From the NCBI GenBank assembly GCA_965112155.1, contig OZ218100.1: 64,000 nucleotides of DNA. One strand, given 5' to 3'. Below the pieces are notes generated by a model. That model saw nothing but the letters and a program-made list of their open reading frames with translations. It ran no database searches and was not told the DNA's origin. Source of the stretch: Podarcis liolepis (Eukaryota). The number at the start of each line of letters is the position of its first letter. The first letter of the stretch is position 1. This document shows, in pieces, positions 27,638 to 39,800 of this stretch. The position numbers and the translations under genes were made by a program.

Positions 27638-27957
27638 TAAAGGTAAAAAGGACCCCTGGGTGGTTAAGTTCAGTCAAATGAAACTATGGGGTGCAGCGCT
27701 CATCTCACTTTTCAGGCCAAGGAAGCTGGTGTTTGTTCACAGACAGCTTTCCGGGTCATGTGACCAGCATGACTAAACTGCTTCTGGCACAATGGGACAC
27801 CATGATGAGTGCCAGAGCACATGGAAACACCATTTACCTTCCCGCTGCAACGGTACCTATTTATCTACTGGCACTGATGTGCTTTCAGACTGTTAGGTTG
27901 GCAGAAGCTGTGACAGAGCAACGAGAGCTCACCACCATTGTGCAGATTCAAACCGTC
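27638..27957 (-). mobile_element. Diverged Sauria SINE
   Basis: Similar to other copies (ccgggtcatgtg, catttaccttccc, ctatttatctact). Confidence 0.8.
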
Positions 27958-28266
27958 GGTGTTATAGAGCCCCAAAGGTATTTCCTAAACTGGGAGTTTA
28001 TCTTTTGGAAATATGATCCTGATATAAAAACCTAATTTGGCTCAAAGCTCCCAGTAGAGGCAAGGTTGAAGACGTGGTACTTACTTGCATAGGAGCCAAC
28101 TACTAGGGGACAAGGTTCCTTGGCCCCCCCCCATAAAATATTTGAGAGGGCTGCCATCCAAAGTTGACACCCTTGCCCTCCTCCCAGTATTTTATTCAAG
28201 TTGGCACCCCTGCTTACTTGGAAGGGCAGGGTCACATCCAGAAGAGTTTAGTCTGATAATCTAGTC

Positions 28267-28435
28267 CAGGGATAGTCAACCTTTTTATAGCATCTTTCTT
28301 GACGGCAAAATTTCCTTACTGCCCACCAGTGCTCAATGGAAGGAGGATTCAGCCTGTGCCGTAGAACCCCTACCGCCCACCTAGAATCCTGAAATGCCCA
28401 CTATTGGGCGGTAGGGACCAGGTTGACAACCCCTG
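28267..28435. mobile_element. hAT-like MITE
   Basis: TIRs cagggatagtcaacct / aggttgacaacccctg. Confidence 0.7.
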
Positions 28436-28903
28436 ATATAGAGGTTAACAACCGGACAAAAAAAATGGATTTTACGCATTCTAATGGTAGCCAAGAGGCT
28501 GATATTGAAGAACTGGAAGAATAAAGACATGATCTCCTTTAATCAGTGGATTGATAATATGATAAGACTTGCAACCTATGAACGGACTGCTTACAGACTC
28601 TGCTTGGATAAATACCAGAATATTTGGAACAAATTTATACAAAATGTAGTAGGCTATTAATATTAATATTTACATTAGTATTAAGATAATAATATTAAAT
28701 TTATAAAAGAATGTATGGGTTAGGGTATTTTTATATATATTCATATGTGTTTTTTCCCCTTTACACAGTTGTGTGTTTTGTTTTTTCCTCTTTATGTATC
28801 ACTTACTGCTTTATATTTGAAAAAAATTCTATAAAATAACAATTACCCCCAAAAAAGACTTCAGACTGTAGAGGTACAGTATATTCTGAAAAATACTACT
28901 TAC

Positions 28904-29006
28904 CAATAAAAGCCGTAACTTTTGGATTGATGATACCACTGGGTAAGAGATGGAAATCATATTCCACAGAATCTACTACGACAGTATGCCCAGCATTGTT
29001 GCCTCC
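28904..29006 (-). CDS. ADSS2: ADSS2 exon 2 ([34 protein letters not shown])
   Basis: 103 nt, [12 protein letters not shown] and HLLPSG motifs. Confidence 0.97.
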
Positions 29007-29549
29007 CTGCAGGTAAGATAGGATGTATTATTCTTCATTTTTTCTTAAAATAGTTACTAAAAGCTCACATTAGAACTAACAACCCTTTCATACATGTTGT
29101 TCCTGTCTGTTACTTGGAAGAAAAACAAATCAAGCTACTTTTTGCTTAACTTGGTAACATAAACAACAAATCTCAAACCTGTTACTAACAGTCTTGAATG
29201 TATTGACAGTTGATTGGTCACTGATTTAAACTTGCTTCTAAGATGTATTTTCATTTACAAATACACCCACAGCTTTTCAATCAAATTCACAATGCAAAAA
29301 CTGTTTCTAAAGAAATAAATGCAAAAACTAAGCTTCACTGTGTGTCATGTGAAGTCAGTTGTTTTGACCAATGAAAGACCTCATTACTCCTAAAGCATTC
29401 ATATTTTAATAAACTGTCGTAGTTGAAACACTGGTTCAGAACCAATGTGTTATGCTAACTATAATTTTAATATATTTATACCTCATAAAATTTATACACT
29501 GCTTGATTGTAAAAAAAAAAACCAAAAACTCAAAGCACCAAGAAAATTA

Positions 29550-29808
29550 CCGTATTTTTTGCTCTATAAGACTCACTTTTTCCCTCCTAAAAAGTAAGGG
29601 GAAATGTGTGTGCGTCTTATAGAGCGAATGCAGGCTGCACAGCTATCCCAGAAGCCAGAACAGCAGGAGGGATTGCTGCTTTCACTGCGCAGCGATCCCT
29701 CTTGCTGTTCTGGCTTCTGAGATTCAGAATATATTTTTCCTTGTTTTCCTCCTCCAAAAACTAGGTGCGTCTTGTGGTCTGGTGTGTCTTATAGAGCGAA
29801 AAATACGG
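29550..29808. mobile_element. Tc2-like MITE with internal hairpin
   Basis: TA-ccgtattttttgctctataagac ... gtcttatagagcgaaaaatacgg-TA. Confidence 0.85.
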
Positions 29809-30713
29809 TAAAATGAATCCACTTGAATTGACAAAACTGCCACAAAGAAAACTCACAACTTACTTCTGTAGTGTGATGTTTGATTTTGGAAGATATTCCT
29901 TGTAAAAAATATGAGAACCCACGCCTTGGATCCATGTTTTGTGGCACGGCAGCACTGGCAAATGCTAGGTTTCTTATTTTTTTGTTCAGTCAACCAAGAG
30001 ACAAATGTCACATTTTCAGGAAGATCCATTTTACTGGCTCCAACCTGTGTGTGCATGCATGTGCCAAAGAAAGTGCACGCTGGTTTTCATATTCTGCTTT
30101 CTCCTTTCCTCTCTCTTACTCCAGCCTCTCTTCCCCAACTCCTGTGTCACCCAACCTCCAGCCCCCTCCTACTTCCTGCCAGCAATTCTACTTTCCTTTT
30201 GCAGTCTCCCATCCGGATAGTTATCCTTTCTCCCAGTTTTCGGTTCATTTGCTCAAGTGTTGTTCTGAGGTTTAAAAACCATACAGAGATGAAAGACAAA
30301 ATGAAGAACAACACTTTCCCTACTTCCTCTTCCATTGTTTGTTGATCTGAGGCACACTTGGTGCTTAAGTAGGAAAGTGTGTCACTCTTCACCACTTCTT
30401 TCAGCATTATGTATTTTTCAAAGAAAAAGCACAAGCACTATCGCCACCTCATGAAGGAGGGGGCTGCAGAGATTTTTCAGGTGGTAGCTGAAGTCTTCAA
30501 AGGAGTCATTACTGAATTGGTAATTCCAGTAAAAAGCAACCAAGCGTTACCATTTTGTAACCTATTCTAATGCATAGGTAAACCAGTACAAGGATGATTA
30601 TTTTAACACAGAAATACTAATAATTTGTAGCAAATAATTGGACAACCCTATGTGTGCTTCCTAAGTCCTGGTGCTTTCAATGGGGTGTATTCACAGGTAA
30701 GTGAGCACAGAAC

Positions 30714-30773
30714 AATAGTCACAAGCATTCTTGTTTAGAAGGAAATAGTCACAAGCATTCTTGTTTAGAAGGA
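30714..30773. repeat. Perfect 30-bp tandem duplication
   Basis: aatagtcacaagcattcttgtttagaagga x2. Confidence 0.92.
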
Positions 30774-31522
30774 AATTCATTGTGTTCAATGGAATGCTAG
30801 AGCACATAGTCCTCTTTTGTTAATTAGATAATACAGTACAATCCTAAACTCACTGAGAGTTTAGGATTGTACTCTATTATCTAATTAACAAAAGAGGACA
30901 ATGCTTTTTTAAAAAATTAGGCCAGTTTAACTGTGCTGTGTAAGAAACACACAGAATGTTCAGTGACTTTCGTGGTTGAATAGCTAGTAAAATATGCAAA
31001 CACAGCATTCCAATTATGTGAGCATACTGGGCATATTTTTTCTGACAAGATTTACCTTGCAGTAGTCCACAGTGCCAATATTTATAGAGGTCTAGCATGC
31101 CATTTCTGCCATGTCTTAAATGTTCAAGAGATTCATAAAGCATTTCATTGGCAGACTAAACCATTAATTCATTTGCCTTGCCTATCTTATCTTTTTCATA
31201 CATCTAGAAATTTAGAATCACCTTTTTAATCACCTCATGAGAATTAGAAAGGGGTTTTATACATGAGTTCAGAAAAGAAGGATGGTGTTCTCTACAAACT
31301 TTTATAATCCCATCCTCATATTCTTAAATAAAGTCAAAAGAATAGTACATAAATTTCAATGAGTTGTATCCATTGAAGTTGTCACACTCATGCAAGGGTT
31401 TCTGTTCGTGCAGTAATACTTCCACTGGCATATGGACGAGGGGAGGGGGGAGCGCACCGCACCGGGTACCATTTGGGGAAAGGGTGCCATCGCAACCGCA
31501 CTCCCAGGATGCGCACCACACA

Positions 31523-31701
31523 GAGGTCCGTTCTTAACCTGAAACTGTTCTTAACCTGAAGCACCACTTTAGCTAATAGGGCCTTCCGCTGCCGCGGCAT
31601 GATTTTTGTTCTCATCCTGAAGCAAAGTTCTTAACCCGAGGTACTATTTCTGGCTTAGCGGAGTCTGTAACCTGAAGTGTATGTAACCCGAGGTACCACT
31701 G
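31523..31701. mobile_element. Tigger-like MITE, one end missing
   Basis: Body matches 43692 copy; ends gaggtaccactg-TA. Confidence 0.8.
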
Positions 31702-32207
31702 TATAGTGAAATCTGACTTCTAATAAGTTCTGTTACCTTTAAAACAATTTAGGTTTTATTTGATCTGGAAGAACTCTGAAGTTTAAGAAATGTATACAGA
31801 GCAAAGCCTTCAGCAAAACATATGATTCAAAATTAGAAAACTGTATTTGGCCTGAGTGCGTTGGTATGTTATCTCTGCAACCATGTTATCTCTGCAACCA
31901 TAAGGACTAAATGATAAGAACAGCATCCAAAGCTCATCCTGCAGCTCTCCTGCCTATGCTGTTCTTGTAAGACATGATGCCGTCTTGCCCCAAAATGGCA
32001 ACTAGACACTCCATTTTGGCAACTGTAACCTTGGTTTAAGGAGCTATTTGGTGCCCAGCTTATATATCTGAGTTTCTAATGCTGGACATAGAAATGATCT
32101 CAAATTTCAAACAGCAGAGTAAAGAGGTACATCTGCAGCATACAATGAAAACCATATTGTAAACAGCCCTGCGACCCTTGGCTGAAGGGCAGCATAGAAA
32201 TCTAATT

Positions 32208-32242
<35 letters not shown>

Positions 32243-32243
32243 C
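32208..32243. repeat. (AAC)n microsatellite
   Basis: Direct reading. Confidence 0.95.
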
Positions 32244-35200
32244 CGTAAATGAAAGTAACAACCAGACTTTTGTGGGGAGGGAATTCCACAAGCATCCCTT
32301 TCTTAAGGAAATTAGAAATTATAGTGCCTATAAATCAATATCAATGTTATTTTCAAGCATCTCAGAAAGACTAACTTTGGATTCCAAGTTTAAATAACAC
32401 TGATCTGAAGAGGTAATGCTATCATTTGATCCCATAGTATCTTTTAAAATTGAAAACATTTTATACAAATAAGAAATGTTCTATTTCTTACATTCAAGAA
32501 TAAGAAATGTTTCTCAAGTCTCTCTAGAGCTGCTCATCCAAAAGAGCTACAAAGCTCATGTCCTTACTTGAACTTCTTTCCTAGCAGTAACCTAATATGC
32601 CAGTTTCTCTTGCTGATGAATAGTTGTGAGCTACTTGAAACTGTGCAGGCATTTCATACATTCAACTTCTGGGGTAGAGGGGTGGGGAATCAGTCTCCAG
32701 TATTACTCTCCCTTTTAGTAAAGTGGGTCTCCGGCATCGAACCACACTGGGCACATGGAGCAAGAAGAAAGCCAGAATGGGTTCCTGGGAAACAAGGATC
32801 TCTTAAAAAATCTTGCATTTGGGGAAGGGAATCTGCCTGCCTTCCCCACTCCAAATATTAGCTTAAATAAGAGTTGGCCTGTGTGCATTTGCTTCTGTCA
32901 CAGCAGTGTTTCGCAGATACTGTGTTGTGCTGCCTTGAAAGTACTTGTTAGAAAAAGAGGTATAAATTACAGAAACAAATTCATTCAGAAATTACTTTCT
33001 CTGAGCAGTTGCATGGGGCCAAAATCCCTACCTCAATTACCATGTGCGAGCAAATGGAAGCAGAACCTCTCTACTCCTCTAAAGTGGTTGTTTGGAATAT
33101 GGATTTCCCTCAAGAATTTTGCAAGCCAACATGCTTGTACTTCCTATTAATAGTTATTTGTTTAATGAATTTTTATCCTGCCCTTCCTTCTTGGGGCTCA
33201 GAGCAGCATTAAAATAAGCTAGTGCATGCTGCTGAAATCATGGAATTTTTATTCCTTCTCCCAGAGGCGGATTTAGGGCAGTGTGACCAATTCCGCAACA
33301 CTGGCCACCGAGCATAGTGGCCGCTGCAAAGCATTGCAACTACAACATAGTGAACTGAGCAGAACAGAAGGTGAGATGCATGGGGTGCCAAATTTTGGCC
33401 TTGCAGAGGGCGCCACTAAAATTTGAAAGATCAAAGTTCGTCCCTGCTCCTCCGTTCCAACTGCTGCCATGTCAGGGAGGAAACAACTCTGAGTCTGTCT
33501 TGTTGTCACATGTGAATGTGGGTTTCCCCAAGCAAACAAGACTGTGGGTACTTTCCTCCCTGACACAGGTGCCTGAAATTTCAGCAATGGGCAGAAGCAC
33601 ACTGATTCTTCACATTAAATCATAGCTTATTTTAACTATGGTTTAATGTGGCATGCAAACTGGGCCAATCAGCTACACTTAGATAAAACACTACTTTCAG
33701 TTTTAATTTAACAATGCATGCCATGTTGGATAAAAGCAGCAATGCAAAAGTCAGACGCAGACGGAAAGGTCAACAGGTATCTCACTCGGTTTGCCCGGGG
33801 GAGGCCAGTTACCTCTGACTGCGAGCTGAGATACTGACATGCCAGACCTGCATTGTTAAATTAAAGAGAATGAAATCTCCACTTAGGCTGCACAATTGAC
33901 ATCCACCTGTACAATGACACTTCTTTCTTCTTCTCCTCCATGCAGTTCCACATGTGCCCCCAAAATCTGCTAACACTCCCAGCAGATTATGGGGGTGCAC
34001 ACAGTAGAGGAGAGGAAGGGGAAAGACAAGTCCGCCACCAATGTCACCCACCAACCGCTGCTCAAACTATGCTACCAGACAAATAATTATGATAGCCATA
34101 TGGAAAACAATCACACAGCATCAAAACTAGCAGACTCTTAGGCAACATTCTAAAATCCTTTCAGTCCCCAGGTCTGTACATTCCCATATAAGCAGACTAA
34201 TATAGTAAGTAGTTAGAAGAGGAGTAGAAATGACAGGCTGCATAACATGTATCAAATCCAGAGGAGCACTATAACTATTCTAGTATGAGCTGCACCACAA
34301 CTTCAACTATGCATATCTATAAATCACATTAGCTACGCTTACTATGGATATCCTGTGTATCAAGTGTCCTGAGGGCTACAGCTGAAAGGACACATGTGAA
34401 ATCTTAGCCAAGCCTGTGGATTGCAACTACACTCTTAGTAAATTTCTGCTGAAAAGGTTAACAGTATTTTCCATGAAATGGAACAGGATTAGACTTCAGA
34501 ACAAGCTTGAAATCCAGATTTTCCCAAGCAGCCAAATTCTAAAACCTATCACAGAATGATTAGTAATTTATTTCTTTATTTATTTTACTTGTAGTGCTTA
34601 TGCCATGACCTCTTAAGGCACCATAACATTAAAAAATAATTAAAACACTATGAAATAGATAAGAGTTACTAAGATTGGTCAAATATGTAAATATGTTTCC
34701 CCATCTCTTCCATGTTCCAACTTCCACTCACTTCTGAAACCTGCTGAGTCAACTAGATGTTACATCCCTCAAAGCTGCCGCTTCTTCACTGGGCTGCTGC
34801 TAACGCCCCTCATAGCCTCTGTTGGCAGATGAAGGAAGCACCAGAGGAAGCAAAAGTCTAGATAGGGTTCAATATATTCCCTATCACAAGTATTCCATCA
34901 CACCATTTGCAGAAAACAGTGAAGTTTTATACACAAAATAGACTGCAGTTGTGGAATGAATAATATTTTTTTAAAAAGAATTGCCAATTGCTCAGATCAT
35001 GTTTCAGACATGAATGCAATCCCTGACCACAAGCTGATAATCCTAAAGTATCTTAACTGCTATGCATGTTGACTAGTTGAGTAAACATATGTCAAAGGAA
35101 AAATGAGATAATATTTTAACAAATTAACACTTTACTGCAAGAAAGCCTGTTGATTACTGGCATGGTACATTACAAAGATTAATTTACCACTACACTGTTG

Positions 35201-37029
35201 TTTGCAATTATATATGATCAAATAATCTGACAGCTAGAAAGACAGGCTTATTTTAAAACTGCAGATGTAATCACTGGGACTCTTAAAAGAAAAAATCTAC
35301 ACAATAGAAGCCCTTAGGATACCTAGAAGTAAGCTACCTAAGAAAATAAGTTTGTTTGTTTGTTTACACAAAAGTGTTTAGAATTAAAATCATTTCTATT
35401 TTTAAACAAAAGATAGTGATATCCTATCCAGTTGAGCAGTGGAAAGTCTGATCCCTCCAAATCTGTGATATTCGTATCAGTTTTGAAAGAACCCTGAGCC
35501 ACATAGCTCATACTAGGAGAATGTGATTAGCAAATGGATTAATGCAAGCTTTTGGTTCTGTTTCATGCCCAAAGAACTACATAATGCTACCAGTGATGAC
35601 GGGTGGAAATAATTCCATTGAGCTTTTCCCTTTTCCTAAGTTCATTAGCAAAAATGAATGGATCTTAATTGCACATAAAAATTAGGCAAGCCTGGCAGTT
35701 GTGAAATTGTTACTTTTGTTTATTAGATACAAGGAAAATAAGCATGATAAATTAGATCACACTAGGGCATCAGACCATTTCCCATTGAAAAATGAAAATT
35801 ACTTTTCACAAGTTTGATAATTTTTCTATGCAAATTAAGGTAATTTCCCAAAAAAAGCAACACCAATGGAAACTATAGTTGAGGCTCACAATTTAACAAT
35901 CTGAGAAAGTTAAAATGGTGCATGAAGATGGCAACTGATTCCACTTAAGAACATATAACCACATTGGCTCAGTGCAGCAGAAAACCATGCACCAGTTCTG
36001 CACACTGTTGGAGGCATGCTTCAAATCAAATTAACATCTTTTTTTAAAAAAAAGAATTTATTTTAAAAAGAAACCTCAGTTTCCCATGCTCATTTGCTAA
36101 TTTGAAAGCAACTGGACTTCAAAGCCAGTTCCTTTGATGATGTCACAGCTTAACAAAAGTTTCAAGGTATCACTTAATCACTCACTCATCATGGATCACT
36201 GCTGCTTATCAAACCAAGCCATTAGCTAACAATGTGAACTCAGCAAAGAGATTGCTATCAGTTATACAGAGGTAATTGCTTAAAAAAACCAATCTATCAT
36301 TACTCTTACAGCAGATTTATACCAAGGATGTCAATCTTTTTTAGAGATTTGTAAAATGCTGTAGATTAAAAATTCTCTAACTAAAAAAATGAGGAAGTTA
36401 TAAGCAAATGGTGCACTACTTTACCAATGAAAACTATGACCAGCATTCAGCATACTTTGAACTACCAAACCATCTATGCTATTGTTTTTGTGAGCAATAA
36501 AAGGCATTAAAAACATGCAAGATCCTTAACTAAAAGCACACAACCATTAAAAAGAATATTTAAACATGTAGATGAAGTGATAAGAAGCACTACACCTCTG
36601 CAGAATTATAAGAAATAAAGCATGCTTACTCATGATTCACTAAGTCTTTGGCACCTGATAATTTTTGTCCACTTCCCTCCCCTCTACATTATATGAACAA
36701 CATAGGCAAGTGTTTGCATAAATTGTGTCCACCTGACTTTTGGTAATTCCCTATCATAACGTAGCCCCCACTGTTTAGAATTTATTGGCTCTTCAGATAT
36801 GTTTTTCAGGGGATACATAGGAAGGAAGGGGAAAGGTATGTTGCCTCAGGAGGCTCCCACTTGCACAACTTTGGATCCTACACAATATATGGGCCCACTC
36901 TTGAAGCAGCAGCAGCAACAACACCATAGCCACCTAACCTTCACCAGAAGGTCCCAGGGCAGGATGCAACTATGCAAAATAAATTAAAAACAGTTTAACA
37001 GAAATTACAGTCACAACTAGAATGGGTCC

Positions 37030-37070
37030 AGATAGATAGATAGATAGATAGATGGATGGATAGATAGATA
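37030..37070. repeat. (GATA)n/(GATG)n microsatellite
   Basis: Direct reading. Confidence 0.95.
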
Positions 37071-37089
37071 TACAGAGACAGACAGAAAG

Positions 37090-38050
37090 TCAAATATCAG
37101 GTTAAGCTCATGATGAAAGCTGTATAATGAAGGTACCACAAACCCCTCTGTGGGTGTCTGCCACAGAGCATGCTTCCTCTCAGGGTACCCCGCAACCTCA
37201 GCTTTTGAGGGCAGAAGAACTACCAAGAGGGCCCCAGTGTTCTGAGCTTAACACCAGAGTGTGTCTGTTGAGAAGGTGACGGCTGTTCAGATATTTGGGG
37301 CTTAAGTCATTTAAGGCTTTAGACACTAGTGTGAGCACCCTAAATGACATATAAAAATGAAGAGGCAACCAATGTAGCTGTTTTAAAATAGGAAATATAT
37401 GTGTTATAAATGGAACCCCAACAAGGGATTTGGCCTTTGCATTTTGGACCAATTGATGTTTCTTCAAGGGCATGGGGGACAAGATGAAACCCTGCAGGAC
37501 ACTACAGAACAACTCTTTTTGAAACTGTTCCTGGAGGTAAGAGCAGAGCTACTGAAGAACAATGCCCTGAACTCCGACCTGCCTGAGAAGCTCCAGAAGA
37601 ATACCATGGTCAATAGTATCAAGGCCACTGAGATCAGGAAGAACAAGAAGGGTTGCACTTCCCACATCTCTACTGCAAATGTCATCAACCAGGGTGACCA
37701 AGGCAGTTTCAGTGCTATGACTGGGCCTGAAGCCAGACTGGAATGGATCCAAGCAATCACTTTCTCCCAAACATATCTGAAGCTGTGCCACAACACGCTC
37801 AAAGAGGGGATATTTGTTACTGGGCGATAGTTGTCCAACACATCTGACTGCAGGGAGGTCTATTTAAAGACCACTTTTTAATGCACCACTTCAAGGCGGG
37901 TACTTTCTCTCCTCCAGGGAAGCATTAATCCTCAGACACACCCAATCAACCCCCTACAGCTAAGTCCAAGAAGCCAAGACAGGCAAAGGTGAAAGGGGCA
38001 GGTGGTTAGTTGCATATTTTACAATCAGCTTGCCACATCCTCAGACCACA
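37090..38050 (-). mobile_element. Decayed L2 LINE fragment
   Basis: LDPFQSGFRPSHSTETAL...DTIDH (RT) and PILKQLHWLP peptides in broken frames. Confidence 0.85.
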
Positions 38051-39329
38051 GTAATTGAAACCAATCCAGGACAGAAGGATCAACCAGTGCTCCATTGGAC
38101 TTGCTCTGCGGTATCCAACTCTGTCCAAATTACAATTTGCCCATTCTATACACAAATGCAACAGCTATCATTTCCTTCCAACGATGGCTGCAAACAAGCA
38201 AAGCATAATATGAAGAGATGCTCAGGGTTAGAGATGTGATGGGGGGGGACACACACACAGATTTTTTGAAAACCTACCGCTTCCCTGCAATTTTCCCAGT
38301 ACTTTTCCCAGGCCTTCACATCTCTACTCAGGGTGTATTATACTTGTTCCTAATGCTAATAACCCATCATAGTCTAAGGTGCAGTGGTTCTGTAAAGATG
38401 AATAAGGGGAAAATATGCTTATGAAGTAATACTGCCGATGACTTGGTAGTATGTGATCTTTGTAAGAACACGCAGAATGTTGCTCAATGAGAAACTGATG
38501 TGTGGTTCTTGTTCCCTACTTCAACAGTTAAACAGACTTCAAGGTTTAGCCATTAATTGCACTTCAGTAGAAATCAGACTCACCACAATGATTTTTAGAC
38601 ACACTTTATGACCAGATTTTCAAAAGTACACAATATTTTTACAAGCTACATTTATACATTTTCCTTTAAATGCAAACAAGAAAACAATGTGCAGCATATG
38701 CTGTACTGTATTGTAACACTGGCAATATGTTATCACCTCAGCAAATAATCTAATTTGCTTTCTCCTTATCTGAAAGTTGTTGCATCAAAAGCAGGCATTG
38801 GAAAGCACCATTTTAATAGAACAAACTGGGATGAGATTGTGTGTGTTAAAAATCTCACTTCTAAGAATTGTTAAGGTTTCAGATTTCTGTGAATAGGACT
38901 ATTATTTAAGTCAGAGGTAGGGACTTGTGGCCTTCCAATGTTGTTGCAAAACAGAGTGCTGTGAGAACAGAATACTTGGACTAGATGGGCCTTTGCTCTG
39001 ATTCAGGCTTTTCTTGTGTTCTTAACGTCCAACATGAAGAAGTGTTTGCCAACCATTTTGACACTTTTTGGTTGTCTTAACAAAAGTGTATTAGCCTTTC
39101 AATCTTTTCCCTTCTTTCTCAAGTGATCAATTTACTTGAAAATTTTATTTTTCTGGTATTTTTCTTTGCAAAACCATAGGTTATTTCTCAAACCTTATTT
39201 ATCTTGCAAGTTCACACCAGACAGATAAAAAGCCAGGATATTAACTGTTTTTGTCCCATAGTAGCTAAAAGTGCAGCTTTTTATAAATGTTAAGACTTGC
39301 TGAAATTTTTCAGCTTCTTCCAGTCAACG

Positions 39330-39800
39330 ACAGTTTGCAAAAGATATGTAGGACTATCTTTATGAGGGCTGCCCTTGAAGAAAACTCAGAAACTTCAACG
39401 GGTTCAAAATGCAGCAGGCAGATTAATGTCTGTGTTACCTTCAGAACTCATATAATCCATGTTCTAGATAGCTGTATTGGGCTACCAGTTAGTTTGTTTT
39501 CATGCTAGATTAACACTCCAAATGACTTATTCTTCAAATATGTGAAGGACTGTCTCCTCTACAGGCCCCCTTCCCCTTGTGAAGATCTGCAGAGAGGGGC
39601 TTCTTGGTAGTTCTTCTTCCCTCAGAAGTTGCGGGTGAGAAAAGGCATGTTCTGTGGCAGCCCTTAAGTGATGGAATTCTCTCCCCCAGAGGTGCATCTG
39701 GTTTCTTATACAGCTTTCAGCAAATGTTGAAGATGTACCTCTTTATCCTGGCCTTTAACACCCAAGATGTGTGTTTTCAGTACTGGACCTATTCTGTAAC
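39330..39800 (+). mobile_element. Old L2 3' remnant
   Basis: Degenerate similarity to the reverse complement of the 37090 fragment. Confidence 0.5.

Noticed and set aside
29853-30570. Cluster of 60-144 aa ORFs in ADSS2 intron 1
   Set aside because: No recognisable domain, pyrimidine-rich low-complexity sequence, no consistent splice structure.
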